Source of the DNA: Rebecca billardiae RCC1528
Taxonomy: Eukaryota > Protista > Haptophyta
Reading direction: 5' to 3'
Length of the DNA stretch: 64,000 nt
NCBI GenBank assembly: GCA_965240325.2
Contig: OZ251251.1
Span: 907,389 to 971,388 of the forward strand
Position numbers and translations under genes: made by a program
Shown here: positions 10,624 through 31,762 of the stretch, piece by piece
Layout: every line of letters starts with the position of its first letter
Numbering within the stretch: the first letter of the stretch is position 1
Notes under the pieces: generated by a model
Told to the model about the DNA's origin: nothing
The model's database searches: none
The model's input: the letters and a program-made list of their open reading frames with translations, nothing else

Positions 10624-11727
10624 AAGGGAGGTCCGGGCCGGGAGCTCCCAGCGAGCGGCCAGCGCGACATCACCTCAAGGTTTTTTCCTGAGCGCCGGGC
10701 GGCAGCGGCGGCGAGGGCGGTGCTCCGCTGGCGGGGCGCGCACGGGGCACGGCGCTGCGGGCGCGGATGTGCCCGCAGAGCCGGCGCGTGCGGACGGGCT
10801 GTTGCGGGAGAGCATCTGGCGCCCTCCTGCGCCGCGCGCATTGCGCCACGCCTCTTTCGCCTTGACTCAGGGCAGCGCGCACATGCGCGCCGCGTCAAGG
10901 CCAGCCTTGCCGCGCCGCAGCCGACCGCGCGCGCGCCGTGCGCGGCGTGGTCGGGAAGGAACGGGCGTGGCTGCCGGGCGAGATGGCGACATCACGTGCG
11001 CACGCCATGCCGCCCCGCCACGCCTTGACGAGCGTGTCGCCGGTCCGTTTGCACGCCTCTTCGAGTTGTCTCAAATGGTCTGCACGGCCTCGCGGTCGCG
11101 ACCCTTGTCGGGACGATCATTGAGACACAGAACAGTGCCAGACGGGCACGCGGACTACTCTTACATGAATGTCCATCACCACGTGGCCATGTAGAAGTGC
11201 TGGGTGCGACGCTTTCCTCGCGCTGATGCACTTTCATCATCTTTTTCGAGCTCAGGTCTGGCTTCAGGCACGGCAAGAAATCAGCACTCGTCAACAGCTG
11301 TGCGGATCCGTTATCGCGCCCTTTCGCGGCGCCGCGGGACGACATGGCGTGCGCACGTGATGTCGCCATCTCGCCCGGCAGCCGCGCCCGTTCCTTCCCG
11401 ACCACGCCGCGCACGGCGCGCGTGCGGTCGGCTGCGGCGCGGCAAGGCTGGCCTTGACGCAGCGCGCATGTGCGCGCTGCCCTGAGTCAAGGCGAAAGAG
11501 GCGTGGCGCAATGCGCGCGGCGCAGGAGGGCGCCAGATGCTCTCCCGCAACAGCCCGTCCGCACGCGCCGGCTCTGCGGACACATCCGCGCCCGCAGCGC
11601 CGTGCCCCGTGCGCGCCCCGCCAGCGGAGCACCGCCCTCGCCGCCGCTGCCGCCCGGCGCTCAGGAAAAACCTTGAGGTGATGTCGCGCTGGCCGCTCGC
11701 TGGGAGCTCCCGGCCCGGACCTCCCTT
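10624..11727. mobile_element. Non-autonomous fold-back, Mutator-like DNA transposon with ~395-bp TIRs and a 9-bp TSD
   Basis: Arms ~10624-11018 and ~11334-11727 are near-identical reverse complements (AAGGGAGGTCC...GGACCTCCCTT). GCGTGCGCC is duplicated at 10615-10623 and 11728-11736. Confidence 0.9.
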
Positions 11728-11811
11728 GCGTGCGCCCAAGTCCCTTGGCCCAAGCAAGCGCCCGCGAAACAGACGCGCCTTGCGCGCAGTGGCGCCCGCC
11801 ACTCGGCAGCG

Positions 11812-21108
<9,297 letters not shown>

Positions 21109-21414
21109 CGACTGTGGGCCAACGGCGCGTTACAATACTTTACAATACGGTACCCGCATCGGTCGTACCTGTATTATTCATCGGGTGTCATCGCAGCGGG
21201 TACGCAAGTGGCCGAGATCGCCACCTCGCTTCGTGGCGGAAGCGGCTAATTTGCATCAGATTCGCTCGCGATATTACGTCGATCGCGCCTTCCCGACGGC
21301 GAAACGGGGTCCCCCCCGTCCCGGACGCGCGGCGCAGCCGGTGCTGCGCACGAGGAGAAAAAAGAAGGGCTGCAAACAAGGCGACGACGCGGCCTTCTGC
21401 GCCCGCGTCGCGGG

Positions 21415-21505
21415 ATATCCACGCCCACGCGCTTGCCAAGTGAGAAGAAAAGAAGGCCCGACACTCCTTCGGCACCCTCCTGGGAGAATATCCACGCCCA
21501 CGCGC
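21415..21505 (+). promoter_or_regulatory. Perfect 18-bp direct repeat upstream of the ZIP gene; candidate cis-element
   Basis: ATATCCACGCCCACGCGC at 21415-21432 and 21488-21505, 100-190 bp before the ATG. Function is inferred only. Confidence 0.35.
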
Positions 21506-21602
21506 GCCCCCCGAGCGTCAAAATCGTGGGCACGCGGCGCGGTCACCGCCCTGCGCGAGTGCCAAGTTCTCGCAGCAGCGGCTCGGCGCCACCACCATCA
21601 CC

Positions 21603-22112
21603 ATGTTCGCGCGCCGCCTCTCGCCCACCGCGCTCGCCGCCGCCGCGCTGTGCGTGCTCCTCGCGCTCCACGTCGCGGCGGCCGAGGAGGAGGACCACCA
21701 CGACGAGCACGAGCACCACGCCGCCGAGGAGGAGCACCACGACGAGCACCACGACGAGGGCGGCCACGACGCGTGGGCGCCCGCGCTCGGCGCGGCGGCG
21801 GTCGTGTCGCTCACCAACCTGATCGGCCTGCTCGTGCTCGCGGCGACGTCGGTGCGCGTGGCGAACCTGCAGACCAAGCTCGCCGCGATGCTCTCCTCCG
21901 CCTTCGCCGCCGGCGTCCTCGTCTGCGCCGCGCTGCTGCTCATCCTGCCCGAGGCGCTCAAGCTGGCGGACGAGGACGCGCACGGCGAGGCGCACGGCGA
22001 GGAGCACGAGGAGGGCGAGAACGCGTGGCAGGTGGGGCTGTGCGCGATGGCCGGCATGTTCGTCCTCATGGTCGTCGACGTCGCCATCCGCCACATGGGC
22101 CCGGCCGACGCG

Positions 22113-22151
<39 letters not shown>

Positions 22152-22739
22152 GAGGCCGCTGCCGGCGACGAGGCGTCGGGCGCGCCGCCGACGAAGATGC
22201 AGCCGCCGCAGCCGGCGGACGCGCAGGTCGCCGTGCCGCACAACACCCCCGCCATCGCCGCGGCCGTCCTCTTCGGCGACGCCTTCCACAACCTCGCCGA
22301 CGGCATCTTCATCGGCTCTGCGTTCCTCTCGTGCCCGTCGATTGGGTGGACGGTCGTGCTCGGCACGGTGGCGCACGAGCTGCCGCAGGAGCTCTCGGAC
22401 TACCTCGTGCTCACGCAGCGCGCGCGGCTGTCCGCGCGGAGCGCGCTGGCGCTCAACTTCCTCTCCAGCCTCTCCGTCTTCCTCGGCGTCGTCCTCGTCC
22501 TCGCCCTCGACGTCTCGCAGCGCGTGGTGGGGCTGCTGCTGGGCGTGGGCGCGGGCGTGTACTTGTACATTGCGCTCGCGGAGTGCCTGCCCGCCGCGTT
22601 CAGGGGGGCGGCGCCCACGCGCGAGCGGCTGCTCGCCACCGGGCTCTTCGCGCTCGGCGCGACGCTCATTGGCCTCGTGCTGCTCTCGCACGTGCACTGC
22701 GACGCGCACGGCGCGCACGACGAGCACGCCGACCACTGA
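21603..22739 (+). CDS. ZIP (SLC39A, LIV-1-like) zinc/metal transporter
   Basis: Signal peptide and His/Glu-rich ectodomain; TM4 FGDAFHNLADGIFIG; TM5 HELPQELSDY; AGVYLYIAL; His-rich C-terminal tail. Confidence 0.95.
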
Positions 22740-23121
22740 GGCCGCCGCGCCCGCCAGTCGCGGCCCATGCGGGCCATGGCGGCCCGGACGGGCCGCTGCG
22801 GCTCGGCCGTGCCGCCGCCGCGCGGCGCCGTGCGCGGCGCGCGCCCGACGCCCGCCCTAGGTAGTATCGACCGACCGAGCTGCATGGGTCCCACGCGCGT
22901 GCCGTGTCGGCACGCGGCGGGTCCTGGCAGCGCGCCGGCCTTGTCTTTCTCCTCGAGTCGGATTCTGACAGTGCATGAATGACATTAGCTGATATGCGAG
23001 TAGCAGTACAAGTACCATTGTATCATCATACGGTAGGGTGAAACGGCATCATCGGTACCCGCACTACTGTTCTTGTACTACTACAGTATTTTGTACAGTA
23101 GTAACGACGATTCATCCGTGC

Positions 23122-24309
23122 ATGACGATGGCCGCCGCCCGCCGCCCCCCTCCGCGCGCCTCAGCATGGCTGCCGCTGCTGCTGCTCGGCGCGGGGCTCG
23201 CGCCGCTCGCGCGCGCCGACGCCGAGCTACCGCCGTTCGTCGCGCCGGACGCACGGCACGCCATGTCGGCCGCGGCGCGCGCGCAGCTCGCGCGCGCGTA
23301 CGCGGCCGCGCGCCGCTGCCCGTGCCCGGGCGAGTGCGCGCGGTGCGAGAGCGTGCACGCGGCGATCGCGCGCGCGTCGCAGGCCGACGGCAACCAGTCG
23401 TGCTTCCTCCACGTCCGCGGCTGGTGGCGCACCCACCTCCTCGCCGTCGCCGCCGCCGTCTCCGCGCACGGGCTGCACACGCCCGCGCTCGTTGCGGGTG
23501 GCGCGCACGCGTACGAGTTTGGCGTCTTCTCGGGGCGCACGATGCGCTTCGTCGACCGGCAGCTGCGCCCGGCGGCGTGGTGGGGGTTCGACTCGTTCCG
23601 AGGGCTGCCGCCCTCCGACGAGCCGTGGCAGGCCGGCGCGCTCGTCGACGACCAGCGCGCCTCGCTGCGCGCGTCGCTCGGCGGCTCGCGCGTGGGCTTT
23701 GTGGCCGGCTGGTACAACGAGTCGCTGCCGCCGCCCGCGCACGTGCTCGCGCGGATGCGGCCCGCGCTGTGGGTGGACGTGGACTGCGACCTGTACATGT
23801 CGAGCGTGCAGGCGCTCGACTTCATGTTCGCCCACGGCCTGATCGTGCCCGGCTCGCTCGTCGGGTACGACGACTGGTGGCAGGAGCCGTGCCGCGGCGT
23901 CGGCAGCCCGCTCGGCTCGGGCGAGGGGCGCGCGCACGTCGAGATGGCGCGCAAGTGGCGCGTGCGCTTCGAGTGCGTCGCCGGGCCGTGCGCGCCGCCG
24001 AGCGCGGGCGCGTGGCCCGCGCCGCGCGCCTTCCCGCCCGGCGCGGCGCACGGCGCCATGTCGCGCGCGCAGGCTCAGTGCTCGGTGCACTCCTCGTGGG
24101 GGCCGATCTTCCTCGTGCGCGAGCTCGGCCCGGCCGTCACGCCCGAGCACGGCTTCCGCTGGGACGCGGCGCTGCGGACCAAGGAGGCGTGGGCGCCCAT
24201 CTGCGCGCTCAAGTCGGCCAACCAGATGCGCGCGGCGGCCGCCGAGCGGGCCGCGCGCGCGCGGCAGGCGGCGCGGCCGCGGCCGCGCGCGCTGGCTGGC
24301 CGCGAGTGA
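23122..24309 (+). CDS. TylF/MycF-like class I SAM-dependent O-methyltransferase with an N-terminal signal/anchor
   Basis: Motifs YEFGVFSG, WGFDSFRGLP, FVAGWYNESLP, VDVDCDLYMS and GSLVGYDDW. Hydrophobic WLPLLLLGAGLAPLARA. Start is 23122 or 23128. Confidence 0.85.
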   Translation: MTMAAARRPPPRASAWLPLLLLGAGLAPLARADAELPPFVAPDARHAMSAAARAQLARAYAAARRCPCPGECARCESVHAAIARASQADGNQSCFLHVRGWWRTHLLAVAAAVSAHGLHTPALVAGGAHAYEFGVFSGRTMRFVDRQLRPAAWWGFDSFRGLPPSDEPWQAGALVDDQRASLRASLGGSRVGFVAGWYNESLPPPAHVLARMRPALWVDVDCDLYMSSVQALDFMFAHGLIVPGSLVGYDDWWQEPCRGVGSPLGSGEGRAHVEMARKWRVRFECVAGPCAPPSAGAWPAPRAFPPGAAHGAMSRAQAQCSVHSSWGPIFLVRELGPAVTPEHGFRWDAALRTKEAWAPICALKSANQMRAAAAERAARARQAARPRPRALAGRE

Positions 24310-24924
24310 CGACGACGGCGCCATCATCGTCACGCGGCGGCCCTTGGCGCCTTGCGCTGCAGCAAGCCGCGTATGCCTCATCATGAGGCATGATGGCCCT
24401 GACGCGCGGCCGTCACTCAGTCAGCCGGCCGGGCCGGCCGAGTGTCAGTCGTGACACTCCGGTTCTCTGCAGTCGCAGACCCGGTGCCATGATTCGTGAA
24501 GCAGTAGTCGAACGCCAACCGTATATATATACAGACGATGATGCTGATGAGTCGGGCACAGACGGCGGCACAGCCACAGTCCGGCGACGACGTGACTCAT
24601 ATATCGTCGTGATATGATCAGATGAATATATATATATATATATATATATCGTCAGCAGATATAATCAAGTCATCATCAGAGTGATAACCCCTGTGCCGGC
24701 CTGGGGCCGGCGGTCACCGGCGCCGCGGGCGGGCGCGGCCGCGCGCGAGGCGCGGACCCTCAGCGGCCGCGCCGTCGCACCGTGAGCATCGTCCAATCAT
24801 GGCGCAAATATCCGAATTGAATCTGATGAGAATCATCATCGGGCTCGGCAGAGTCACGGTCAGCGCCTCGCACCGCAGGCGCAGCAGCGGACTCGGCACG
24901 GGCGGCGCGCAGCCTCGGCGCGGC

Positions 24925-25229
24925 TCAGATGTAGCAGCAGTCGCAGTCGAAGGGGCAGAGCGGCGTGCCGCCCGACTTTTTCTTCTTGGTGGGCTGCAGC
25001 AGGTGCGTCTTGAAGATGCGCATGCCCTCGTCTGTGCGCCGCCCCGTCCACCCGTCCGCGTCGTACACGCCGCCGAGGCCGTCAGACTCCCAGCGGCCGG
25101 AGCTGCCCACGTAGCGCTCGCGCTCGGCGGGCGCGCTGTCGCCGCGCGCGTCCGGCCCGCCCGCAGCCGCGCGCGCGCGCGGCTCCTCGCGTGCGCGCCG
25201 CTTCTTGCCGCGCGCCTTTTCGCTCGGCT

Positions 25230-25262
<33 letters not shown>

Positions 25263-25416
25263 GCGGCGGCGGCGGCTTGGCCGCGCGCTTGGCCGAGAGC
25301 GCGCCGAAGATGTCGTCGATCTCGGAGCCGCCGCCCGCCGCCGGCGCGCTCGGCTTGGCGTGGCCCTTCTTCCCCGCGCCCTTGGCCGGCCTGGCGGACA
25401 CGTCGCGCGACGCCAT
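24925..25416 (-). CDS. DUF1764 family protein
   Basis: EIDDIF motif, Lys-rich middle, and C-terminal RRTDEGMRIF...GGTPLCPFDCDCCY. Confidence 0.88.
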
Positions 25417-25633
25417 TGCTGACGCGAACGCCCCGCCTGGCGCGGAGTCTGAACCTTACTGTGGGCGTCAATCTCGCCTGCCTGAGCTGTGTGCGTCTCT
25501 TATTCTTAGTAAACTGTACTCCACCTTGGCCGGCTGCTGCGTGCGCCGGCATGAAACGGTCGCGCTTTCAACGGGGCCAAACCACGCGACGGGCGGAGGA
25601 CGAACACACAAGCCCTCCACTCGATCGACGACC

Positions 25634-27092
25634 ATGCCGAGCACGCCGATCGTGCACACGGGCGGGCTGGACGGCGGTCCGCGCGGCAGCGGGTGCGTCG
25701 CGCGCGCACGCCCTCGCCCCCCGCCCCCTCGCCTTCCGCGCACCTCAGCCGCCCTGCCCCCCCCCCTGCCCCTCACCGCCCGCAGCGCGGAGATCCTCTC
25801 GGCACTCGGCTCGTCCCAAAAGAAGCGGCTCTTCTTCTTTGCGGACGAGGACAAGGCGGTGGGCTCGCACGCGGTGACGGACCTGGCGGGCGTGGCGCAG
25901 AGCGTGGACAGCGTGCAGACGTGGGACCGGTGCTCCACCATGCTGCTCACCTCGGCGGACAAGCGCGAGGCGGTGTTGCTGATGGACACGGAGACGGGCA
26001 CCACCACCTCCGAGCTCGTGCGCGCACGCGCGCACGCACCGCGCGCGCGCGCACCGCACGCGCGCGCGCGCGCTGACGCACGACGCGCGCGCGCGATGCC
26101 CTCCCTCCCGCCCTTGCTTTCCCTTCGCCCCGCCCCAGTCCCTCCGGCGTGAGCGCAAGGGGTGGAACCTGCGCGTCGACTCGATAGCGCCGATGCAAAA
26201 GTTCGAGCAGTACCGCAGTGGGCAGGACATCGCGCTGTACGGGCTGGGCGACAACGGGCGCACCGTCTTCCACCTGCAGCACGACGGGCGCACGGGCGAG
26301 AACGTCGAGCAGCACGTGATCGGCGCCGACGCGTGCCGCAAGTACAAGTCGTACGTGTTCACCTGCCAGGCGCAGTCGGGCGCGGGCTACCTCGCGCTCG
26401 GCCGCTCCGACGGCGCCGTCGCGCTGTACGACGCGGTGATGAAGAAGGAGGACGCGACGACGGTGCTCAACGGGCAGCCCGGGCCGGTGACGGCGGTGGA
26501 CCTCTCCGCCGACGGCTCCGAGCTCGTGTGGACCACGCCCGACTTCATCTTCTTCGCGGCCCTGCGCGCGGAGCACTGGGCGCGCGGGCAGAAGGAGAAG
26601 CCGCGCGCGATGCGCCTCGACGTGCGCCCCGAGGACGCGGCGGCGCTCGGGCTGCCCACGCCCGAGTCGGAGGGCGAGGAGGGCGAGGAGGTGCCGCCGT
26701 GGCTCCCCGCGCAGTTCGACGCGGGCGCCGCGGCGCAGGCGAGCGGCGCGCGCGAGAGGCGCGTCGTGTCGTACGCGGGCCACGTGCAGCTCGCGTGGGA
26801 GCTGGGCGCCGTGCGCGCCGCGTACGAGGACGGCGCGGCCGTGTGCTACGGCGTGCCCAAGGCGGTGAGCGCGCGGAGCGCGGAGGAGGACGAGGCGGCG
26901 GACGAGGAGGCGGCGGACGAGAACTCGCCGCCGAGCTCGCAGCGCCAGCTCAGCGTGTGCTCGGGCGCCAAGCAGCCCTCCGCGCTGCGCGGCTCGGCGG
27001 TCGCCTTCCACCGGCAGGTGCTGGGCGGCGTGGGCGAGAGCGTCGACGTGGTCGCGCTCGGCGGCGAGATCGTCAAGTCGCTGCGCTTCTGA
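25634..27092 (+). CDS. VID27: VID27/CYPRO4-like WD40-type protein; exons 25634-25692, 25786-26017 and 26139-27092
   Basis: Two GT-AG introns restore one frame. Motifs LMDTETG, PMQKFEQ, FTCQAQSGAGYLALGRSDGAVALYD and VTAVDLSADG. Confidence 0.75.
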
Positions 27093-27761
27093 GGGGCCGG
27101 TGGCGCGCGCAGGCGGCGTCGGCGCGCGCGCGGGGGGGCCGCGTAGTGCTGTCGTCCCGTGTCCGCGACGCTCGGCCGCTCGCGGGGCAGTAACCGCGGC
27201 CGCCTACGTCGTGAGTTGACGGGCCGACGGCGCCGCACTGGCCCCGGGGTCACGGTTGACAGCGCAGTGAGTCCAGTGGCGGCGCCGGCCGCGCCCGCGC
27301 CCGCGCGGATACGCCGCAAACGTACAGCGCAGACGCAGGACGGATCTGAGCGGCGCGGATCGGACTCGTCCCGACTCCCGGTACTGTGTAGTCCGGTACG
27401 AGAACGCCGCGCGCAGCGCACGCGGGCGCCGCGCCGGCCGCCGGTCGTCACTACTGGCACTAGGCGGTCCGCGTCTCTCTCTGCCGCAGAGTACTGCATC
27501 GGCCGCCCGATATATCGCAGTGGCAGCACTCACTATGACGGTTCAGTCGAGTGTCGGTCCGATGAGTCCGATCGTCAGCATATCAGCACATATATCAGCA
27601 GCAGCAGACGTGACTGGCCCGTACTGGGCCACTGGCCGCTCCCGGAGAGTGGCACCGCACCGGCGGTGTCCGGTCCCGCGACTACTGTGAGCGCCGGGTC
27701 CGTCTGCGCCGGGTCGGGCCCGACTCTGCGGCGGCGGTGCCGGGGCCGCCGCGAAAGTACG

Positions 27762-30186
27762 CACCACGACGATTCCCCCACGGGGACGGCGGTCATTTTC
27801 GTGAGAATCTCAAACGACTGTCCGTACCCGCATTTAAAAGGCACCAGCCTGAACCCTAAACAACCCGATTGTTAAAGAGGCGGCTCCTTTGGTAGGATAC
27901 AACTCCAGCGGCTTGAACAAGCCGCCTTTCAATCTGCCTGCCCAGTTCTCGATCGGCCGCGCCCCGGGGGCCCCCGGCCCGGGCGGCGGAAGGAGGCTCG
28001 GGGAGGGAGGGGAGGATCAGGGCGGGAGCTGCCTCAACGTCAGGCGGCGGTTGGAGAGAAGGCGGCGGGGCGAGCGGCGCGGCGCAGGGCAGGCGCACAC
28101 ACCGCCCACACCGCCCGCATGGCGGGCGCGCGCGGGGCCGGTGGCACGGCTGCAGCGCGCGCGCACCGCAGGCCTTGATGTGCCCGAGCACACACACACT
28201 CGACGTCGCGCACGGTGCTGCAGCCGACCGACACCCAGCTCTGCGGATGTCTGACCCACGGCATCACGTACTGCACGAACACGTCGCGGCCCGTTAGCAA
28301 CGCCTCGCGGAAGCCATCGTACCGTGTGCCCTGCGACTTGTAGAACTGGACGTTGTGCGGCAGGCCGATCGTCGCCATCACCTGCGCGCGTGCTGGGCCG
28401 GACGGCGCGACAGCGCGGGCGGTGGCGCGCGCGGGGGCGAGGCCAAGTCAGCAGGCATAAATATACAACTCCGGGCGCGGCGCGCGAGCCCCGCTGCCCC
28501 GAGCAAGGCGCGGGGGCGCAGCGCGCGCCGCGCGCGGCACGCCCACGCAGCATCGGCGTGACACGCTTGGCGTGCGTCGAATCCAAGCGTTGCTGCGGGC
28601 TGCCGCGCTCGCAGTTTAATCAGTACATCACCACGTTGCCATCGTTGCCATCTAGCACAGCGCGAAGCTGCACCGCCCGCCGGCGGAGGCTGTGCCCACC
28701 CTCGTCGCGCGGTACAGCAAGATCCTGTGGTCCGTCCAACCCCAGTGACCCGTCCCCCACATCCGCGAGCAGCAGCACGCGGCGATCTTCGGGAGGCTGC
28801 TCACGCGCGTCGCAGCGCACTACCGAGCCGTGGACGCGACCAAGCGGACCGATATCCAGGTCGAGGCCAGCGCGCTCGACGTCACTGCCATCGGCCTCGT
28901 TGCTGAGGACCGCCAGTGTGTTGGCTGCGCGAGCTCGAGCTCCTATCTCATGTGCCGCTTGCCGCTCTGCGGCGCCGGCTGAGACTTCTTCGCGATCGCG
29001 TCTCTCACGGCGATCAAGCAAGGGCACGTGCTCGGCAGCTGGCGAGAGCAACACAGCGTCCGCGAGGTCAGCTGGGTTCTAGCTGCCAACGGCTTGCGCC
29101 CGCGCAACACCTGACCGCAACGAGCGTCTGCCGGCACGCCGGTGTGGACGCTCGACTTCCAGCACCATTTCAGATGCCATCAAGTCTAGGGAGCAGGCCG
29201 TGTGTAGCGAGTGCTAGAATAAGGCAGACCGCTAGCTGCACTGCGCCCAGCCGCGAGCGCAGTGGTGCCCGTACGCGGCGCTGCGGCACGCACGCGGTGT
29301 GCGCGAGCGCTGCGCGGGCCACCGGCGTGGCCCCGCTGCCCGGGCCGTCCACTCGGCCGCGTGGCGCGCCGCACCCGGCCGTCGCATGGACCCGGCGAGT
29401 GCCAGAGCCGGCGAGCAGTCGTCTACGCTACATCACGGGCCAAGCAGTGGGTAGTCGCGAGCACGATGGACCAAGACGATCTTGCGATGTGGGCGCAGCG
29501 ACGGCAACCTCACTTGGCACGCATCGGCGGCCTGAGCCGCCGGAGTGAACAAAGTCACAGACAAGGGGATGCGTGCGCGGATGCGTGCGTTGGGCTCGGT
29601 GCATTCGCGCGTACATTCTGACACCCACGCCAGCTTCCTCTTCTCCTCCGGCGCACACTGCTTGGGCAGCGCGGGCGCCGTGTGGCGCGAGCACCACGAG
29701 CTCACAGTCTGGCTGACTCGCGCGGCGTCGTGCCGTCTGCACGCACATGTGGCGCACACTACCTCGGGCGGTTCGAGCAATCCATGCGCGCACGCGAATA
29801 CGCCATGGACGCCGCGTCTCTCCCCCGCCCGTTCGGCCCCCGCGCGGCCCTGACTCGACTCGCACCCGTCCGCCGAGACCCAGCCCACTGCCCGCCGACT
29901 ACCGAGGCTTTGGCAGCGGCTCTCGCGCCGGGGCGCCCTTTGCCGGGACGCTCCTTGTGGAACGCGAAGGTCGAGGGGTAGGTGAATAGGGCGGGCGGAG
30001 GTGATTCGAGGAATTGAAGGAACGACTTCATCAAGTGCCACTAATGATTTGCACCCGCGCGAAATACGTACTTACATTACTCCGACGGTACCGCGAGTAG
30101 CTTTGTGAAATAGAGATCGGGACGGAAACCGCCGATTCGAACTTCTCCAAAATGTCCGCCCCTCCCACCCGGGAATCGTCGTGGTG
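27762..30186. mobile_element. Probable degenerate 2.4-kb TIR element with CAC termini (CMC/CACTA-like ends)
   Basis: CACCACGACGATTCCC (27762-27777) is inverted perfectly at 30171-30186, with imperfect similarity extending to ~50 bp. The interior has lower GC and broken coding fragments. No TSD is seen. Confidence 0.6.
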
Positions 30187-30852
30187 GGTCCGCGCGCGAT
30201 AAGGCGCTGCTAACGGCGCCGTAGTGTCACAGCAGTCGTCGACTCTCGTAGTCGTATCTGACTACACCGTTCCGGCGCACGGTCACTCTGATGACTCATC
30301 AGCCGCGTCTGCCGATCAATCACACAGACCCGTGACACCGCGGCGCCCGCGGACCGCGCCCGGCTCGGCGCTCGGGCCGGTCCGAGCTCCGGAGTCCGGG
30401 CCCGGCCCGGGGCCGACCTGCGGGCACCCGCCACCGGGCCCTGACAGTCCCGGTGACCGGGGCCGGGACCGGGTGAGCCCGCGAGCAGCGCCGCCGGGTC
30501 ACCGGCACGGCCGGCCGCCGCGCCTTCGAGTTCGATCAGTTCCGTCGGGCAGTTACTCCCCGCCAGGCTCAGGCTCGGCCCCGCCGGACTGTGTCTGTCT
30601 GTGGCGCGCCGCGGACGCGCGGCCCGTCAGCGAGGCTGGGGCCGGGCCGCATCGGCTGCCAGGCCGCCGGCCCGCGGGCGCGGTTGCGTCACGCCCACTC
30701 AGGCGCGGCCGACCCGCTTCGACCTGCTGCTGACGGGCAGCCCAGAGCTGGCGCCCTTGGTCAGGCGCCAGCGCAGACGTCCGTCACGTCCCGACCGCGA
30801 GCCTCCGCCGGTGCGGCGGTGCGGCGCCCAGCAGCATCGGGGGGCGGCGCGG

Positions 30853-31319
30853 TCACAAGCCGCCCGCCTGGCTCGTCCGCGCGGGTGCGTGCTTGCGGAT
30901 CGCCTGCGTGAGCTCCGGCGCGAGCGCGCCCTGCACCTGCGCCACCTCCTTGCCGTTGAGCCAGAGCAGGAAGGTGGGGCGCGAGGTGCCCTCGAGCCCC
31001 TTCAGCGCGCCGATGCTGTCGGACTCGGCCTGGACGAAGCGGAGGGCGAGCTCCGCGCCCAGCTCGTAGTACAGCTCCGCGAGGTTCCGGTGCAGCGCGT
31101 GGCAGGGCCCCGCCCACGAGACGTACGCGTCCACCACTGTGCGTGCGCGGGGCAGCGGGCGCGGCCGAGCGCTCGGCCGGTGCGCGCGCGCGGCGGGGCA
31201 CGGGCGCGCGGCGAGGCGCGCGGGGCGCCGCCGCGCGCACCGACGAGCGTGTCCTTCGCCTTGAGCACGACGTAGTTCCAATCCTCGTCCGTCTTGAGCC
31301 GCACGACGAACTTGTCCAT
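30853..31319 (-). CDS. Thioredoxin-like protein of the NME8/NME9 (TRX-NDPK, axonemal) type, 120 aa; exons 31319-31241 and 31136-30853
   Basis: LVVVDAYVSWAGPC, RFVQAESDSIGAL, RPTFLLW and VQGALAPEL. 104-bp GTGCGC...ACAG intron, phase 1. Confidence 0.85.
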
Positions 31320-31762
31320 CCCGACGCTCAGCCCGCCCGCTGCGCCGCCATGGACGAGCTCGCAAAAGCCGCCCGAGTCGTACAGTAACTGTCGTTTGTA
31401 TCCATACTGTACCCCCATACGCGGTTCAAGCCGCCGTGTGATCGGGTGCGTGATTCGTCACAGGCGCCAGGGCGCAGTTCTGAGTTCTCACTCAGCCGCC
31501 GAACGAGGCGTTCGCGGAGCCCTCCTCATGTTGGAGCCGCTCGTAGCCGTGTCAGTAGGAGCGCGACGACGACACTCAGCACGCCGCTGAGTCGCTAACG
31601 ATCAGGAAGTAGCGTCATCGTCACTAGATCAACGCTGACAATGGTTGGGAGACTACGGTATTCATCGCCGCCGCTGACCTCGCGTCGGCTCGGCAGACGG
31701 CCGACTCGGCGAGTCGGCGGCACCGTCTCGGCCTAACGAGCAGCGACTCGGCCCGCGCGCGC

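Noticed and set aside
29433-30041. KDZ/Zisupton transposase hint (GVHGVFACAHGL)
   Set aside because: A single short motif with no supporting downstream residues and poor coding character.
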